Source: a virus
Taxonomy: Duplodnaviria; Heunggongvirae; Uroviricota; Caudoviricetes
Virus record (IMG/VR): IMGVR_UViG_2667527522_000007
Direction: 5' to 3' (one strand)
DNA length: 28,944 nt
How positions within the stretch are numbered: position 1 is the stretch's first letter; every line of letters begins with the position of its first letter. The translations under genes were made by a program, and so were the position numbers. Shown here piece after piece: positions 27,217 to 28,944 of this stretch. Below the pieces are notes generated by a model, which saw nothing but the letters and a program-made list of their open reading frames with translations, did not search any database and was not told the origin of the DNA.

Positions 27217-27479
27217 GCATCACGCTGTTCAACCGGTCGGTTATAAAACGCCTCACGTACAGCGCGATTAAACTCAGGAATGAAAACCCATTTTTCACCG
27301 GCACGAGCCTTCGGTTTGCAAGGATCACGCAATTCAATAATTGGTAATTTATTTGCCTTCACCATTTCACTGACGGCTGTCTTTGGCTTCCCTAATAAAT
27401 CAGCAAATTTATCCACATGAACCGCATCAAGCGGATACTGAATCACATAATTTTCAGCGTCCATATATGGTACCCTCAT
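27192..27479 (-). CDS. cox: Cox excisionase / repressor of Pc (start may be the internal Met at 27464)
   Basis: About 90 aa, first gene of the early operon, divergent from C; C-terminus ...RDAWLLWMGL resembles P2 Cox. Confidence 0.75.
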   Translation of the reverse strand: MRVPYMDAENYVIQYPLDAVHVDKFADLLGKPKTAVSEMVKANKLPIIELRDPCKPKARAGEKWVFIPEFNRAVREAFYNRPVEQRDAWLLWMGL

Positions 27480-27600
27480 AGGATCCAGCCCTTTCTAAAC
27501 CACTCAAAACCGTTTAGACGCTGGTTTATTCTCAAATCAATGGAACCTATATAGGTTCCAGTTTTGAGGGAATTTAGTCCCTATATAGGCACCATGTCAA
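27480..27600. promoter_or_regulatory. Immunity switch region (divergent Pe/Pc promoters and repressor operators)
   Basis: Intergenic between divergent cox and C; 18-bp perfect palindrome GGAACCTATATAGGTTCC (27542-27559) and a second CCTATATAGG copy (27580-27589) 34 bp away; additional inverted repeats cactcaaaac/gttttgag. Confidence 0.5.
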
Positions 27601-27894
27601 ATGAAATTAAGCGAAAAGATTAAGGCCTTGCGTGAGGCTGAAGGGCTAAGCCAATCAAAATTCTGTGAAATCATAGAGTTACCGCTAAGCACACTTAAAA
27701 AATATGAAGGAGGAAACTTTGAACCCGGTGGCACAGCTTTGCTAAAAATCACTATGCATCCCACATTCCAAAAATATGCTTTATGGCTTATGACAGATAA
27801 AACCGCGCCGGACGCAGGACAAATCGCACCGGCTCTCGCGCACATTGGGCCAGAGTCAACAGAGTCCAACCACTCCGAGAAAAGGATTGGATAA
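27601..27894 (+). CDS. C: Immunity repressor C (HTH)
   Basis: 97 aa, N-terminal HTH (LSQSKFCEIIELPLSTLKKYEGG); C-terminus ...SGQIAPALAH resembles P2 C. Confidence 0.8.
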   Translation: MKLSEKIKALREAEGLSQSKFCEIIELPLSTLKKYEGGNFEPGGTALLKITMHPTFQKYALWLMTDKTAPDAGQIAPALAHIGPESTESNHSEKRIG

Positions 27895-27963
27895 CTCTAT
27901 ATAAAGATTACATTTTCACCATTTGCTACCAAGATGGTGAATACAGCGCCGGAGGGCTTTCTT

Positions 27964-28944
27964 ATGGCAATTAAGAAGCTCGATGATGGTCGCTATGAAG
28001 TGGACATTAGACCTCGCGGTCGCGACGGAAAACGCATCCGCAGGAAATTCGAAAGAAAAGCTGAAGCACTAGCATTTGAGCGATACACAATCGCCAATGC
28101 CAGTCAGAAAGAATGGGGAGGCCAGCGAGCAGACCGCCGGACTTTGAGTGAGTTGCTGGACATCTGGTGGAAATATCACGGGCAAAACCACGAGCATGGA
28201 ACAAAAGAGTTTAATCATCTACTCAAAACCATCAGCGGCATAGGTGATATACCAGTGAACAGGATGAGCAAAAGGGCTTTGATGGATTATCGTTCCATGC
28301 GACTACGTGATGGTATCAGTGCCGCAACGATAAACCGTGACATGTACCGATTATCCGGCATGTTCACAAAATTAATTCAATTGGATGAATTTTCCGGGCA
28401 ACACCCAATTCACGGACTGCCGCCACTGGCGGAGGCCAACCCTGAAATGACGTTCCTGGAAAAAGCAGAAATCGAAAAACTGTTAAATGTTTTGGCTGGT
28501 GATGACTTACTTGTCGCGCTTTTATGTCTGAGCACTGGAGGAAGATGGACGGAAGTTGCCACGCTAAAACCAGCACAGATTACAAATTGCAGGGTTACCT
28601 TCCTGAAAACCAAAAACGGTAAAAAGCGAACCGTGCCGATTTCTGAGGAACTGGAGAAAAAAGTTAAAGAGGAGGCCAGCGCCAAATTATTCAAAGTTGA
28701 TTATGAGAAATTTTGCGGGATTTTACGCAGAGTGAAACCTGATATACCACCCAATCAGGCAACCCATATCCTGCGGCATACATTCGCAAGCCATTTCATG
28801 ATGAATGGGGGCAATATAATCGCACTGCAACAGATTCTGGGACATGCGAGCATTCAGCAGACGATGGCCTATGCGCACCTTGCGCCTGACTATCTGCAAA
28901 ATGCCGTCGCTCTGAATCCACTAAAAGGCGGAGTGACGTTATAA
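27964..28944 (+). CDS. int: Tyrosine integrase (start chosen at MAIKKLDDGRYEVDIRP; the track ORF starts at 27934)
   Basis: N-terminus matches P2 Int as remembered; catalytic-domain residues present (...HILRHTFASHFMMNGG...MAYAHLAPDY); stop coincides with the window end. Confidence 0.9.
   Translation: MAIKKLDDGRYEVDIRPRGRDGKRIRRKFERKAEALAFERYTIANASQKEWGGQRADRRTLSELLDIWWKYHGQNHEHGTKEFNHLLKTISGIGDIPVNRMSKRALMDYRSMRLRDGISAATINRDMYRLSGMFTKLIQLDEFSGQHPIHGLPPLAEANPEMTFLEKAEIEKLLNVLAGDDLLVALLCLSTGGRWTEVATLKPAQITNCRVTFLKTKNGKKRTVPISEELEKKVKEEASAKLFKVDYEKFCGILRRVKPDIPPNQATHILRHTFASHFMMNGGNIIALQQILGHASIQQTMAYAHLAPDYLQNAVALNPLKGGVTL

Overview
The window is essentially one near-complete P2-like (Peduovirus-type) temperate prophage, about 28 kb, read from the ogr end to the int end. 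Gene order is ogr-D-U-T-E/E'-FII-FI on the minus strand, then a degenerate DNA-invertase gene and an invertible tail-fibre segment, then H-I-J-W-V-S-R-lysC/lysB/lysA-K-Y-X-L-M-N-O on the minus strand, P-Q on the plus strand, a 19-nt cos site, a roughly 0.9 kb AT-rich accessory cassette, the early operon A-orf83-orf82-orf81-orf80-B-orf78-cox on the minus strand, and C-int on the plus strand. All calls come from reading the supplied translations and sequence by eye; no database search was run, and the P2 gene names rest on remembered similarity (Ogr, E+E', gene lengths and synteny match P2 closely). Two canonical P2 accessory hotspots are altered. The old/tin/orf91 locus between cos and gene A is absent and replaced by a small cassette with a 37-codon ORF, a long hairpin and flanking 15-bp direct repeats. 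The Z/fun position between FI and the fibre genes holds a Mu G-segment-like invertible fibre switch whose invertase is reduced to a 60-codon in-frame deletion remnant. An AT-rich 213-aa ORF of unknown function lies outside ogr at the left edge. I found no large defence-type ORF, CRISPR array or tRNA; the most novel candidates are the orphaned fibre switch and the small cos-proximal cassette.
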